A DNA stretch of 64,000 bases. Source: Bilabrum cf. latius (taxonomy: Eukaryota). The notes beneath the pieces are model-generated. The model searched no databases, was not told the origin of the DNA, and saw only the letters and a list, made by a program, of their open reading frames with translations. The translations under genes and the position numbers were made by a program. The DNA lies in assembly GCA_965178125.1 (NCBI GenBank), contig OZ237743.1, positions 992,001-1,056,000 on the forward strand. Reading direction: 5' to 3'. Of this stretch, positions 35,190 through 48,200 are shown in pieces. Numbering within the stretch: the stretch's first letter is position 1; each line of letters begins with the position of its first letter.

Positions 35190-38100
35190 ATGAGCACACA
35201 GCAGCAAGATAATACGTACGACTGGGGGGTAAGTCACCTGGTTAAGGGCGTCGTGCTCTCATCTATGAGCGAATTCGAATCTGTTCGTGCGACGCAATCT
35301 GCGCCAGTGGCTATGATCTCGTACTAGTATCGCAGTCTGGAGGTGACAGTGCCTTGAATATGGAACAGCTGGCGACTCCTGGAGCGCAGGACAGGGCTGG
35401 ATACGGCGCAGGTGATAAGAGTGCCCGTCGTGGTCAGGCGGCGGACACCCCAGCCCCACCAGCCCTGACTCCCTCCCAGACACCGTCGGGGAACGCCGTC
35501 GCGGAGCCGAACGCGCCCCCGCGGCAGGTCGGCCACAAGCAGGACGAATCGTCGGCAGGAGACGATTCCAGAATAGGAGGAACAACTAGTGCAGCCATGG
35601 TACGAACGCAGATAGATGCAGCGGGCAGCGACAAGCACGAGCAGCCGCCCTTGCAGGCCACCTTGGTTGGGGGCGGCGTCGCTGGTGGGGCCGCAGGCAC
35701 CACCCCGCCGCCCCCCCTTCGCAGAGCCAGGGCGGGGGGTGACGCCGATACAGGGGCCGCAGACGGTGGCATGCCCGATTTGCCGCCGCCGATCAAGCTG
35801 TCACAAGTGGGCAAAGGCGAGAGTTCCGGATCAGGATCCGGATCCGGGGCGAGGAAACCCAGCCTGTCAATCCAGGTGGCGACGAGACAGGAGGAGGGAG
35901 AGGGCGGCGAGGGGGTGGGGGCCGGGTCAAGTGGGGACGGCGCAGGTGAGTGGGGCGCCGATGCGCCCAAGCAACCGGATAATGGCTTCGCTGAGTGGGG
36001 TGACGCTTCCGGCGGTACCGGTGCTGGGGCTGGTGCAGGCGGTGAAGATGGGGTTGATAGTTGGGGCACAGGAGCGGATGCCGGCGCGGATGCCGGCAAG
36101 TCAGACGGGGGATCCTCGGGTGATACAGGGAAGAGCGATCCCAAGAAAAAGGAGAAGAAGCGCGTCACTCCCATCTCGACGAGCGGGGAGGCGGGGCCTG
36201 GCTGGGACGACGCTGCAAGTGGCGCGACGAGTGGCACCGGCAAAGCCGGGGGCAAGTCTGATAGTTCTGCTGCAGGGAACAGCGACGCGGGGGTGATGGC
36301 AGGTTGGAGCGACGAAGTCACGAAGAGCGCGCAAGGGGCCGGCAACACCGCGCAGAAAAAGGTGGACGTCCGCAATGCAAGGCCCTCCTCGGCTGCCTAC
36401 CTCGCGGCAGCGCGTCAGAACGGGCGCATGGCCCAGATCATGGTGCTTGACTCGGTGGGTAGCGGCAGCGGCATGTCTTATGGTGCGTATGGTAGAAGTG
36501 GAGTGAGTGCCGTGCCAGGCCAGAGACGTTCCAGAGACACCGCCTTCCCCATGCACGGCAGGTAGGCCAGAAGCGGTGCCCATCCCGCTGGCGAATCGCG
36601 CTACTCTGGAATCAGAGAGGAAGGCGCGATGGGACCCGACGAATTCGTTTCGTACGATGCGTATGGCCGCAGGCGGAAGCACCGTAGGACAGCAGCGGGC
36701 CGGCCCGAGTCACTGTTCGACAGCGTGGAAGGGGGAGCCGCGGCCGTGCTTCGAGGCAGCTATGGCGTGGCTGGCACCGGTGCGGGCAGGCGTTCCGGTA
36801 CAGGGGCTGGCGGCAGAAGCAGGGGCCGGGCTGCCTACGATGGCCATGGGAAGGGGTTCGCATTCAGCGCGCAGTCACGGTCCGACGCGAGGGCGCTGTA
36901 CGAGCACCTGCTGATCGAGGATCCCGCCGCCTTGGACGAGGCCGGGGAAGTCAAGGAGTAGCCCACGTTTTTGGAGCGGTGTGGCGGCTCGGTTGCGGTG
37001 TCTGCGCTCGACATCGGCCCCGGTACGGCGGCGGCTTCGATGGAGCTGCTGCCCTGGGAGCTGCCACCCGGTGGGAGAACAGAGGTTCCAGAAGGTTCGT
37101 CAACATCGTCGTCATCGAACGCCGCAGGCAGTGCGTATGCGGCTAGCGACGGCCATGCTCCTCGGAGGGCAGCTCTGCCTCGACGCAGGCGGTGGCGGAT
37201 GACAGGTGCACGCAGGGCTGGCAGCAGTGCGATAGGCGGGATGGGCGGCTTGGACCAGGGCATGGTAGAGGATGGGTCTGCCGGGACTGGGCAGGCACTC
37301 GTGGCGTATGGTAGCAGTAGCAGCAGCAGCAGCAGTGCGGCGGGTGCTGGCACAGGCACGCGCGCCCGGTCGGTGCTGACTGCAGTGTCTCAGCGGCTGG
37401 GCGAGAGGCAGGCCGAGTTCTCCGCGTCGACAGATCCCGTCGGTCTGGTGGAGGCCATGACGGCCCAGTCCAAGGGAACAAAGGACGTGGTGCCCGCCGG
37501 TGACAACTGGTTGTCGCGGGGCTCAGCCTCTGGAGGCTTTGCGGGTGCTTTGTACGGGCTCTGGAACACGGTGGGATGGGCGGTGGGACTCGGCGGCGAC
37601 GGTGATTCTGGTGGTCGACAGGACGGGGATCCTCGAGAGTCGCTGCAGGGCCGCTTCGAGAGCGAAATTGGAGCCGCTCAACATGCTGGCGTGGTGGAAG
37701 TCACCGACCGGGACGATGTGGCAGGTGACCAGGAGGTGCAAGTTGGGGAGCACGGCACAGACGTGTTCGACGCCCCCAGGGCAGGTGCTGCCGCAACCTC
37801 TGTGGAAGGGCCGATCAGAGTCACTGTGAAGTACGAGGAGCTGGCTGGTACGAAGCGCGGCAGCGCCGTGGTGCTCGTGCGGGACGCTGGTGCGGAGACG
37901 GTGGGGTAGGTTAGGGAGAGAGCCGCGCTGCTGCTCGGGAGGCAGGGACTCGGCTTCGGGCCGGCGCTCTCCAGACGACTCGCCGTGCTTTCAGACAGGA
38001 AAGCCAGGGAATTGCTAAAGGGTCAGGAAGTCTTCGGCCCCGCCCGATATGCCCTTGTGCCGGACACGGTCACCTGCCACAGCGCAGAGGCCAGGTCTCG

Positions 38101-39970
38101 GATCGGCGTGCCGAGCATGTCACTCCTGCCCCTCTCTGCCGAATCAACGAGCTTGCAGGAGGCCTTGCAGGTGAACACGGAGGGTCTCGGGGGCTCCCAA
38201 CCCTCTCACGCTGCCCTTGATGGCCTCACGTTGGCGATGATTCGCCTGGAGCAGCCGCGCTCGGAGGCCAGCGAAGCGGCAGCCCGTGCTGGCAGCGCGG
38301 GGCAGCAAGCCCAGGCTGCTGGTGAGGCGGAGGAAGAAGGGTACGAGAGCTGGGAGGGAGACTTCGACGACGAGGAAGAGGACGCTGTGGACGGCATGGG
38401 CGGTGGTGCGCGCGGTCGGGCTCGCACAATGAGCCGGAGCAGGTCGAGGAGCCTCTCCCAGCTGCGAGGTGCCGGCTTCGCCTCGGCCACGCGCAAGTAC
38501 AGCATCTCGGTGACCACATTCAACGTGCTCGCCCCCTGCCACTTCCGTGCGGCAAAGGGGAGCAAGGGCGGGGCGCCTGCTTTGGCGCTTCCCCGAGGGA
38601 AGCGGCGCGGTGGTGCCGGGCCCGACAGCGGGGCGCTTGGTTCTTCAACTCGTCGTGGCGCGCAGTCTCGTCGGGAAGCCGACAACCCGGCTTGGTGGCA
38701 GGCCCGTGCAGACCTTCTCTGCCGCATGATTCTGGCTCGTGGTGGAGACGTGGTGTGTCTGCAGGAGTTCTGGTGCGAATCGGAGCAGTACCAGCAATTC
38801 GTGGCGGACCGACTGAGCACTACCTATGACATTTTCATGAAGCAGAGGACCAAGGGGAAGCCAGACGGCCTAGCTACGCTCGTGCGACGGGTGCCGGTGA
38901 GGGCAGATGGTGGCCATGTGCATCGCATCCTCAGGCATTTCGGTGCGGACTTTGGCGGCGTCGGGAACAGGGTGCTGCACCTGACAGAGCTGGAGCTGCA
39001 GCCGCTGCCATCGCGGAGAGGCAGGAGAGGCCATGCAGGCGGAGCGGCTGCCAGCGGAACGGAAGAGGCCAGCGAGGGCGAAGATGAAGACTAGCACCAG
39101 CGCGTTGGGCCCCGCCGCGCGGTGGTTGGCAACGTGCACTTGACCTTCCCACACAACGAGCACGACCGTAGGCTGCGCTACTGGCAGGCTCTCATGGCCC
39201 TCTACAACCTTGAGAGATTTTCGGCGGGCATCCTGGGCGCCGGTGCCACGCCAGACGGCTCCAGACCTACCCCGCTGCGTGCGGGTGACCTTGAGATCAT
39301 CACGGGAGACTTCAATCTGCCTGCAATGGATGGGGACAGAGAGGGTGGGCACCCCTACCGCATCAAATCGGATCCCGTGTACCGGATGCTGTTGGAGCGG
39401 GGCTTTGTCTCTGGGTACCGCCAGTTGGAGCGAAGGGAGCCGCTGGCCACCCACGTGACTCACAGAGGTGACTATTCCACGGCTGATTTCGTGTTCTTCC
39501 GTGTTGTCGGCAAAGCGGGCGCGGGACTGCGAGTTGGGGGTCGCCCTGGCAGGGTGATCTCTCCCGTCCAGAGCTTTGACCGTTCGTTGCGGATTGATGG
39601 CGCCGGGGATGCTCCGAAGCCGGGCCCAGTCAGCGAATGTGCAGGAATTGCGGAAGCATACGCCCGCACTGCTTCGCTGTGGCCGTTCCAGATGGATGGG
39701 TTTGAGCTGCTTGAGAGACCCGTGGCAGGGTACTTTGCGTAGCCGGCAGTTTCTCTTCGCTTGGAACGGGTGGAGGACGATGCATACGCTGCCGAGGAGG
39801 CCGCTGGCGACGGTGCTGCTGCCCCCAGTGATGCACCGCAAGACGCATAGGCTCGTGTGTCCGCGGCCATAGTGTCTGAGCTAGAGGCTAGCGATTGGGC
39901 TCATGCTAGCGATCACCGGGCACTTTCGGTGGGTATTCTGCTGCAGGAGCTGGAGGGGCACCCAGCGTGA
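35190..39970 (+). CDS. Endonuclease/exonuclease/phosphatase (EEP) domain protein with long disordered N-terminus (intron 35229-35335)
   Basis: TFNVLA, VCLQEFW, DGLATLV, GNVHL, TGDFN, ADFVFF and terminal ASDHRAL (after TAGs 39740 and 39848). Five track ORFs in one frame, 6 TAGs; ends TGA. Confidence 0.85.
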
Positions 39971-40230
39971 GCGAAGTAGCCCTAGAATCTACGCCGTGCT
40001 GTTTAGGCTGACCTGCAGTCAATCCGATCCTTTGGGTCACGTATGGCAGGGGCATGACTATTTGTGGATGCTTTGCTCTTGTAGGTGTTCGTATTAGGGT
40101 TAAATCCAGCAATACTTTCTCTATGTTCTAGTTCATGAGGACTAGACTGGGACCAACTACGGTTTGGGGCCGTTTTGTAAACTCGATCTTTGGAAGTGCT
40201 GGCGATGAAGCAGAAAAGGGCCCGCCCGAA

Positions 40231-42085
40231 TTACAAACCGATTGCACTTGCTCCACCAGAATCCCCAACACCTGGTCCACCCTTCAACTCGCCGCGCCTT
40301 CTGCGACGGACACGCAGGGCAACCGGGGTGAAAGCAAGTGCAGTGCCAACGGTGTCCTTGTTCACGTCAACCACCGCCGAACGGCGACTCTTCTGCTAGC
40401 TTGCCGCACCCCGTGCCTGTGCTGTGCCGCTGGCATCGAACCCGACTCCAGCCCCAGACGAGGACGAGGAAGGTGAGGCCAGCCCCTTGCGGCGGTGACC
40501 TCCCTTGCCCGTGCCCTTACCCTAGCCTGCCTGCTACTTGTCACTGCCTGCTCCGTCAATGTCGCCCGCAAGCAATGCTTGCTTCACCTACGAAGAAACA
40601 GCACTGCGTGCATTCGAGGCGGCTGCCGATGCCTGCTATTCAGCCTGTTTCTGGCTCATTGCGGCTCTCTTCTGCCTGGCTGCTAGAATGCGCTGCTGCC
40701 TCAGGTGCTCTCGGAACGACAGCTTGACATGCCCCGCTGCACCAGCTGCTCCCTCTCTTCCTTTCCTGCCAGGAGGCGCAGTGTCGGCGAATCCTCGCCC
40801 GGCCTTCCCGCGCATTTCCGCACTTGGTGCCCCCGAGGTCGCGGCGGAGGACTAGGGGGCTCGTTTCCCGTCGTGTCGCCCAGGCGACTTTGCCGAGCTA
40901 TTGCGCGAGTGCAGCTACTGCAGTGCCTATCCAGCGATCCGCTTGGCAGTCACGCTTCTTGAACGCTGCAGCGCTTGGAGCAAAGCATCTGCAGCCCCCA
41001 AGACATCTGCACAGGCCTTGGCCGAGCCCTTCACGCCGTGTTCTGCTGCGATGGTAGTGCTAGCCGGTGCATGGGTGCCAGCACCCGAGCTGGGCCCAGT
41101 CATGCTCGAAGCTACCCTGGCTGTTGCAGTATCGGCTACACACTGCTGACCCAGCGTCCCTGCAGTGCCCTGCATCTCCGTCTTGGACCGGATCCTGGGA
41201 GCGAGCACGAGCATGCAGCGGGCCGCAGCCTCGAGAATGCCCAGGTTGGCAGACGCTGCGAGAGGACGGATGCCCTCTAAGATTGCGGAGGGTGACCCTT
41301 CTGTGGTGCTTGAAGGAGGAGAAATGGGGGAGTACTGTGCAAGGGTCTTCGATCGTCGTAAGCTCCGGTGTTGTGCACGCTGGAGAGCCGCAGCATTTGA
41401 GAGGGGGGGGGGGGGGGGGGGGGCTATGTGTGACATGATTCGCCCAAAAGAATCCAAAATATGCAGCGTGGTTCAGATAAACTACGAGCCCGTTCTCACG
41501 TCTGGCAGCAAACGCAGCAGCTCTCGAAGCACTGCCGCGGAGGAAGGCCTTGTCGCCTCCCGCTCGCCTCAGCAGTGCTGTCACCAGAGCGGCCATGCCG
41601 TCGGATCCTATGGCTAGTGCTGCCACGGCTCCATGCCTAGAGCCACCAAATAACTCTTCCAAAGCATTTAGAGCGTTGCGCACCAGCGCACTCCTAAGAT
41701 GGGGGAGCAGCAAAGTGATTCCCCCAAGGGCAACTCGAAGTGCATCAGTGCCGTCCCGCGTCCAGATCTTCTCATCAAACTAAATCAAGCGACGGAAAGC
41801 AGTCACTGCAACAAATGCAGCAGCGTGGTCAATTTCACTGAGCTCTTTGGTTCTGAGGGGTCCGGCAGCCTTGTGCCCAAGCTGCAAGCCAGACTAGACA
41901 GCTTTGAGTGCATCGCTACCATCTGTGTCGCAGTCAAATGGTTTAAGCTCAGATTTGCTGGAAACAGCCCAAAATTGAGCGTCTTCAGCCGATGGGCGGT
42001 CGTCGTCTGTGGCGGTGCGCGTTTTCTTGCGTGGTGGCGCTTCGTCTGCCTGCTAGCTTTCTGTCGATACAGCACCGCTTTCCAT
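40231..42085 (-). CDS. TOG/CLASP-N (HEAT repeat) domain protein (probable intron 41499-41301)
   Basis: TAFRRLI*F, HLRSALVRNALNALEELF, LLRRAGGDKAFLRGSASRA. GTGAGA..polypyrimidine-CAG intron joins to the frame of ORF 40927..41457; ~11 TAGs; ends TAA. Confidence 0.65.
41403..41423. repeat. G21 homopolymer inside the predicted intron
   Basis: 21 consecutive G. Confidence 0.9.
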
Positions 42086-42254
42086 GAATGTTGAGGATTG
42101 CCTTCCCCTCTTCATCCCTTAATTGTGTTCGATGCAAACTTCGCAGCTGAGACGAAAGATCTGTTGATCACTACCCACGGTGCGCAAACGGCTCGCAACA
42201 AAACGGTTGCAACCACCACACTTGGCCGTACTCCTTGCTCACTTCGTGCTCGAC

Positions 42255-45200
42255 ATGTCCGATGTTGATTCAATGCTTCGTTCCGTCAATAGTATGCTCA
42301 CATCAGATATCCTACGGGGCTTGAAGACGAGATTTTTGCACGCCCAGAAACGAAACTAGCGTGATGGACAGGACGGCATAACAGTGGCAGAATTCGCTCG
42401 CGTCATGCTACCGGCCGCGAGACAATTTCGACCGAACGAAACAGATAGTGAGAAAACTTCGTACAGCATGGCAATTGAACTTCTTGAGGTGACGCGCGAA
42501 GCCCCATGCGTACTATACTTGTGTCAAACTCGACCCCAACCGCAGCCGCGCTCGTGGTTGATTTGATGGAGCTCTTCGATAGAATCGATCAAGATGGCGG
42601 TGGTTCTCTCGATTGGGATGAATTTACAACATTCTGTGTCGAGAATGGAATGAGAGCTACCTCAGTCAAGGAGAGAAAGCCCGTCATTAGGCATACGGTG
42701 AGTCTCGCAGTTGTCACGCCGGAATGCGGTGCCGGTAACGCTAGCTGCTGTTCAGCTATAACTCAAGTTCAATTCGCAACAACACTATCATACATTGCAG
42801 TACAAAGAAATACAGTCCCGCGACGAAGATCACGGTCAAGTTTTCTACAGGAACGTCGCCTTTTTCCGATTCGTGCCCGAGATTCAGCAGCTGTGGCTCG
42901 CTATGCAAGATAGCAACATCCTAATGGTCTACACGATAGATGGCCGTCTCATTGCCCGAATTCACGTAGCGGGATCGGCGGCGGTGCACAAGCCAATTGA
43001 CGTAAAGGGACTCCGGCCGCGGCAGGATGAGGATTTGTCTGCTGTTCACAACACGGTGCAAGGGATGGCTTCCACTGGGAAATACTCGCAGACCCAGCTG
43101 GTTGGGCACGTTAAAGCAGCACAGCAGGAATTAGATGCAAAATGGGCCGCGTCCTACCTGAAACAAGGTGCGCCTTCGTTCGGCAGCCGGAGCGCTCAGC
43201 TCGACCGACGACTGGCGGCCCACATTATGTCCTACGAAACGAGCAGGAAGATGGCGTTGAAGCTGGAGAAACGCTCCGCTTTGAAGCAGGCAAACATTAA
43301 TTCCAAGCGTGACGCAGTTCGAGAAATGGAAGCGCGCTCCGGCGGGCTGCTCGCCAAGTCGGCCGTTTCCAAGCGCCCGCAGACCGCCCCTGCCCGCAGG
43401 GCGCAGGCTAGACTGGCTACCGGAGGGAGAGACTGCTCCGAATTCGTGCCAGAGGAGCACAAGAAACAACTCCAGAACTACTCCGCTAGTACTCGCCGCA
43501 AAATCATCGAAGAGGAGATATTCAGGACATCTTTTCCGGAGACGAGCCAGGCTGCAGCGTATGTTGCCATGCGGCAGAAGCATAGGAGAAACCGCATCGC
43601 ATTGCGTCACCAGCTGCAGCGAGGCAAATACGCCATCAAACAGCATCGGAAAGACCGCCACGATGAAAAGCTGTCCACCGGCGCGGTGGACAGGAAGCAG
43701 CTGATGGCATCTCGCGTCACGGTCACTCGCAAGGTGATCGACCGAGAGGCACCGGAGTCGCGCAGGCGAGGCGTCGCGCAAGACGACTTGCCGTGGGAGG
43801 ACATGGCTATTCGACCTGCTTTTGCCCCCTCTGCTCCGTACCGCGGAATCTACGGCAAGTTCAGGAACGCCCCCACCAAGGTGCAGCCCAAGGTGCTGCG
43901 CGGGAAGCGGGTCCCCCCCACCATGCCCCAGCTCAAGCCGCTCGCAACCAGCAAGGTGTCCGGAGCAGTCATACCAGACACGTACCGGCATCTTTCCCCC
44001 GCCAAGCGAGCCTAGGCTCGTTCAAGCGAGCAGGCGCAGCCAGCCGCTGCGTTCAAGAACGAGAAGCAAATCACCGACGCGAGCAGGGCCAGCCCTCTCG
44101 GGCACTTGCGGTCGCGCGGCTACTCGGCTGAAGCGAGCGCATCCGGGTCATTGGACGAAGCTAATTCACGGCAGAACAAACCAAGTGGTGACGAAGAGAA
44201 ACCATTCGGCAAGGGGATTGACCATGACGCCAGAAATGCCGAGTACGACCCCGGCACGATCGACAGGGTTCGGGACTTTGGAGACGTGCCGATCGACCTA
44301 CCTCACAGCGCCACGGCCATCAGCTTGCGCAAGTGCGCCAACCAAATTGCACACGCTGAATACTGCCAGGTACCGATGGACGGCACGGGCAAGAGCGACG
44401 CTGTGGAGCACGTCATCGTGGTGTCCACCACGGACCAGGTACTCACTTTCTGGACTGTTTCCAACTTTCGAAGCCTCGGGCTTGTGGACACGACCTCTGT
44501 GCATCGAGAGCTGGTATGGAGTACCGCGGGAGAGGCTTTGTTTACTCGCACCGACAGCGGCAATGCAGTGCAGGTGTGGGACGCCCGCCTCCGGCGCAAG
44601 GTTCATTCGCTGGAGGACCCGACCGACCATGCAACGGCCCTATGCCGCATCAACTCCCTGAGCATCGTGTGCGCGGGTAGCATGGACACAAATATTTACG
44701 TGTACAAGGTTCCTGCGCTCGCATGGATGAAATCTGCGAAGCCGCGGCTGCTTGCAACCCTTGACGCTCACGCGCGAGGCATTCAGGCCCTCTCAGCTGA
44801 CGAAAGGAGTGGCCGCATGGTTTCCCTGGGGACGAGCCCGTCGGAGCTGTTCGTGTGGGACATGCGCCTGCTCCGCTTGCTTACAAAAGTCAGGGGGCAC
44901 ACGGAGGGAATTGTCGGGTTTGGCCTCATGTCCGCCGACCCTTTCCACCTCATGACGTGCGACTCGGTTGGAATCCTGCGCATGTGGTATGTCGGCAGCA
45001 CGACGCAATCGTCACTGACACAAATTCAGGTCAGGTCCACAAACACGAAGGCAAGCTTCCGGGCCGCCGCCATTGCATCTCCGCATTAGCAGGTGGTCGG
45101 CATTTCAGATCGGGTGCACGTGTTCAAGCGTGCTGCTGTTGCGTCGACCTTTCCAGTGCCTCACCGGGTACTGTATTCGGACGTGCTGGAGAGCTTTGTC

Positions 45201-48200
45201 GTGGCTGCAGGTGCCGACGTCCTCGTATATGATGCGCATACGGGCGAGCTCATCAACGAATCCAACGACATTCTGCCCGAGCCGATCGTGGAGATGTGTT
45301 TGGACCACCGCAGGCGGAAGGTGCTGGCTGGCGACACCGAGGGGAACATGGTGGTTCTCAACGTCATGAGCGGATTTGAGATCAAGAAACCAGTGCACAT
45401 GCACAACGACGATGTCACAGGAATCGTGAATGCCGAGACGGATGCGTGCTTTGTGACTGCGTCGTGGGATCGCGAGATCAGGGTGTACTCGGACCGCTAC
45501 GCTGAGAGCATGCCGCTGCTGCGCATCGCAGAGAACGCGCACGATGCCGACATCTTGGCAATGTCTTTCGACCGTGAGCTGAATGTGGTAGTATCCGGTG
45601 CGGCAGACGGTACAGTGCGCGTGTGGCGCTTCACTGATTTAGAGCCATTGCTGGAGCTCAAGGGTCACAGGGACGCCGTGACGGACGTGGAAATGCTCGG
45701 CACCGCTCTTCCCATGGTGCTCACCGTGGATGCGAGCGGAGCAATGCACGTGTGGGCGCTGCCTCCGTCCAGGTTGGCTGGAAATCTGCTCGTCAGGATC
45801 ATCAACAGAGGCCCAGCAAGCGGCATGTCTCCTCCACACACGGACACGGGCAGAGACCCGTGGCCGGTCGATCCCGCCGACTCGTCCCAGTTTGAAAGCG
45901 CGGTCCCAATCACCGGGGTGGAGGTATTCACCACCACCCGCGACTCGAAGACGAAGTCGAGTCGTTTGCGTCGACGCGGGCGGCAGCTGACGGCGGAAGC
46001 GCTCGAGGAGCAGGCCGCCATTGCTAAGGGCGAGCAGGAGCCTCGCGACTTCACGGTGTTTGACTTCGAGGTGGTGGAGCAAGAGACCGAAGACGGCTAT
46101 AACGGAGAGGAGCCCAAGCACGTCGTGCAGGTGATCACAGGTGATATGCAGGGCAAGATCAAGGTGTGGGACCTGTCCCTTCTGCTGGCACCCTTCGAGA
46201 TCGAGCCCATGGACCACCGAGCCATGGTTTGCAACCAGCCGACCTACGAACCACTCCTGCAGAAGCACCGTTTGTTCCCTCAGAATGCACCCCTTGCGTA
46301 CGATCCCAGCCAAGCAAAGCCCCCAACCCCCGGGCAAATGGCCCCGCTGACGGTTCAAGACCGCAGGATGAAGCGAATTAAGAGTAGCAGGGAGCTCTTG
46401 GAGGCTGCCGATGAGGCTACTGGGATGCGCGACCATGCGGCAGCAGGCACAATCGAAGCAACAGTAGGGGGAATTGGAAGAAACTATGAGGAACATGCAT
46501 CCAAGGCGCCTCCAAAAGCATCCACCAGTGGCCCTGGCAGGCAAGGCATGTCCTCAACGGGCTTGCCAAGGCCTGTCGCGGTCACCAGGAGACTCAAGGA
46601 GCGGCAGTACAAGGTCAAGGAGGAGCAACGGAGGGTTCGAAGGGGCATCAACCCCTCGTCAAAGCCAAGGGTCAGCAAGATACAGTACCCACTGCTCACG
46701 ATCCCAGACAAGGTCATGTCACAGCCAAAGCTGTCGAGAGGATGGTACTTCGCGAAACGTGGCATGCCTGCCCCTACGCTGCACTAGCAGCAGCGATAGT
46801 TCATTCACATGTCAACACCTTCCAAATCGATCACGTCGGATGCATTAGGTCAGATGAGCGCATCAGCTGGCCTGGTTCGCTCGCTAGGAGTGAGGGTATC
46901 CAGCGCGCAAAGCAGCCGAGCGGCCAAGCTGAGAGCATGGGTAGATTCCAGGGAGGTCGACTAGAAGCCACACTCGTCTTGGACCGCACACGTAGCTTCG
47001 GTCACGGGTCTCACGTACATCCATGAGCCAGCAAGCATCGCATCGTGTTCCCCGGACAGGTCTGTGAGAGTGTGGTCCATGTGGGGCAGGCCCATGGGTG
47101 TCATCAGCTCCCCGCCGCCACAAGATACCCGTGCAAAGATACCCGGACTGAAATCGGACGATAGCGATGATGACAATGATTTGGAAAGTGGTCGCCAAGT
47201 GAAGCAGTACCACAACCTGGAGAAGAAAGAATGTCCATGGTCCTTCCGAATCGACGTGCAGAGGAAGCGGGCAATCAAGTCGTGGGCTGCAATGCAAATC
47301 GTACGGTAGCTGGAGCGAGAAGACAAGCGCAAGAAACTGACGCCGTTTGGTAGGTTGCTGAAGAAGCTGGACATTCCCGGCCTGAGAGATGCCATGGAGT
47401 AGGACGAGGACGAGGACGTAGACGAGATCGATGACGAAACAGCCGTGACAAGAGCAGTGATGTCGTCCACTTTGTTGTCCTAGGCGGCAGGAGTACATCA
47501 AGACGCCTTTTTCCCGCCAGTGTCTCTGCAGTAGGCAAATGAAGGCTCTGCTCGGGCATTGCTGGAGCAGTATTCGTCGTTCTCGGGCGAACACAGCTCA
47601 GATAAACCGCTTGCAGAGACTCGAAGGTTTCGCACGCCGGACGAGCTGCAGCAAATCAAGGATATTGCGAGGGACACAGTAGAGGCAGCAGCCCAGCTCT
47701 TCTCTGATCACGCAGAGGCACAGGTGAGCAGCGTCAGTCATATGTTGGCAGAGTAGCAACAGCGAAAGAAGACCAAGAAGGCGTTCCCTAGCATCCACCA
47801 CCTGGCTTCCCCTAAGGCAAGCAAGGGGTGCAGAAGTGTGGCAAACGATGGAGACGCAGACGACGATGATACCTCCTACCAAGGCATCGGCGCTCTTCGT
47901 ATGGCCTACGTCGCCGTCACACTCGCAATGTTCTCGAGCGGTGCTGGCCAGCACAGCGGTCGGCTGGACACGGAGCCGGGCAGCACTGCTGGAGCTCCAG
48001 CCCAGCCAGCCGACGTGCAGAAGGGCAGAGACAGAACCCAGGCTGCAGAGTCCATGTTCGGGTTGAAAGAAAGCAGGCAGGAGATACGGAGGAACAAGTC
48101 TCTCGATAGCAGGCGGATGGCTTTGGGACTATCCAAGCATGGAGAATCTGCAGGTGGTACTCGTACCAAAGGCAGCAGTGCAGCGCGTGATGGCGAGAAG

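Noticed and set aside
41403-41423. Poly-G run as a frameshift or slippage site in the TOG gene
   Set aside because: It falls inside a plausible GT-AG intron (41499-41301) that explains the frame change.
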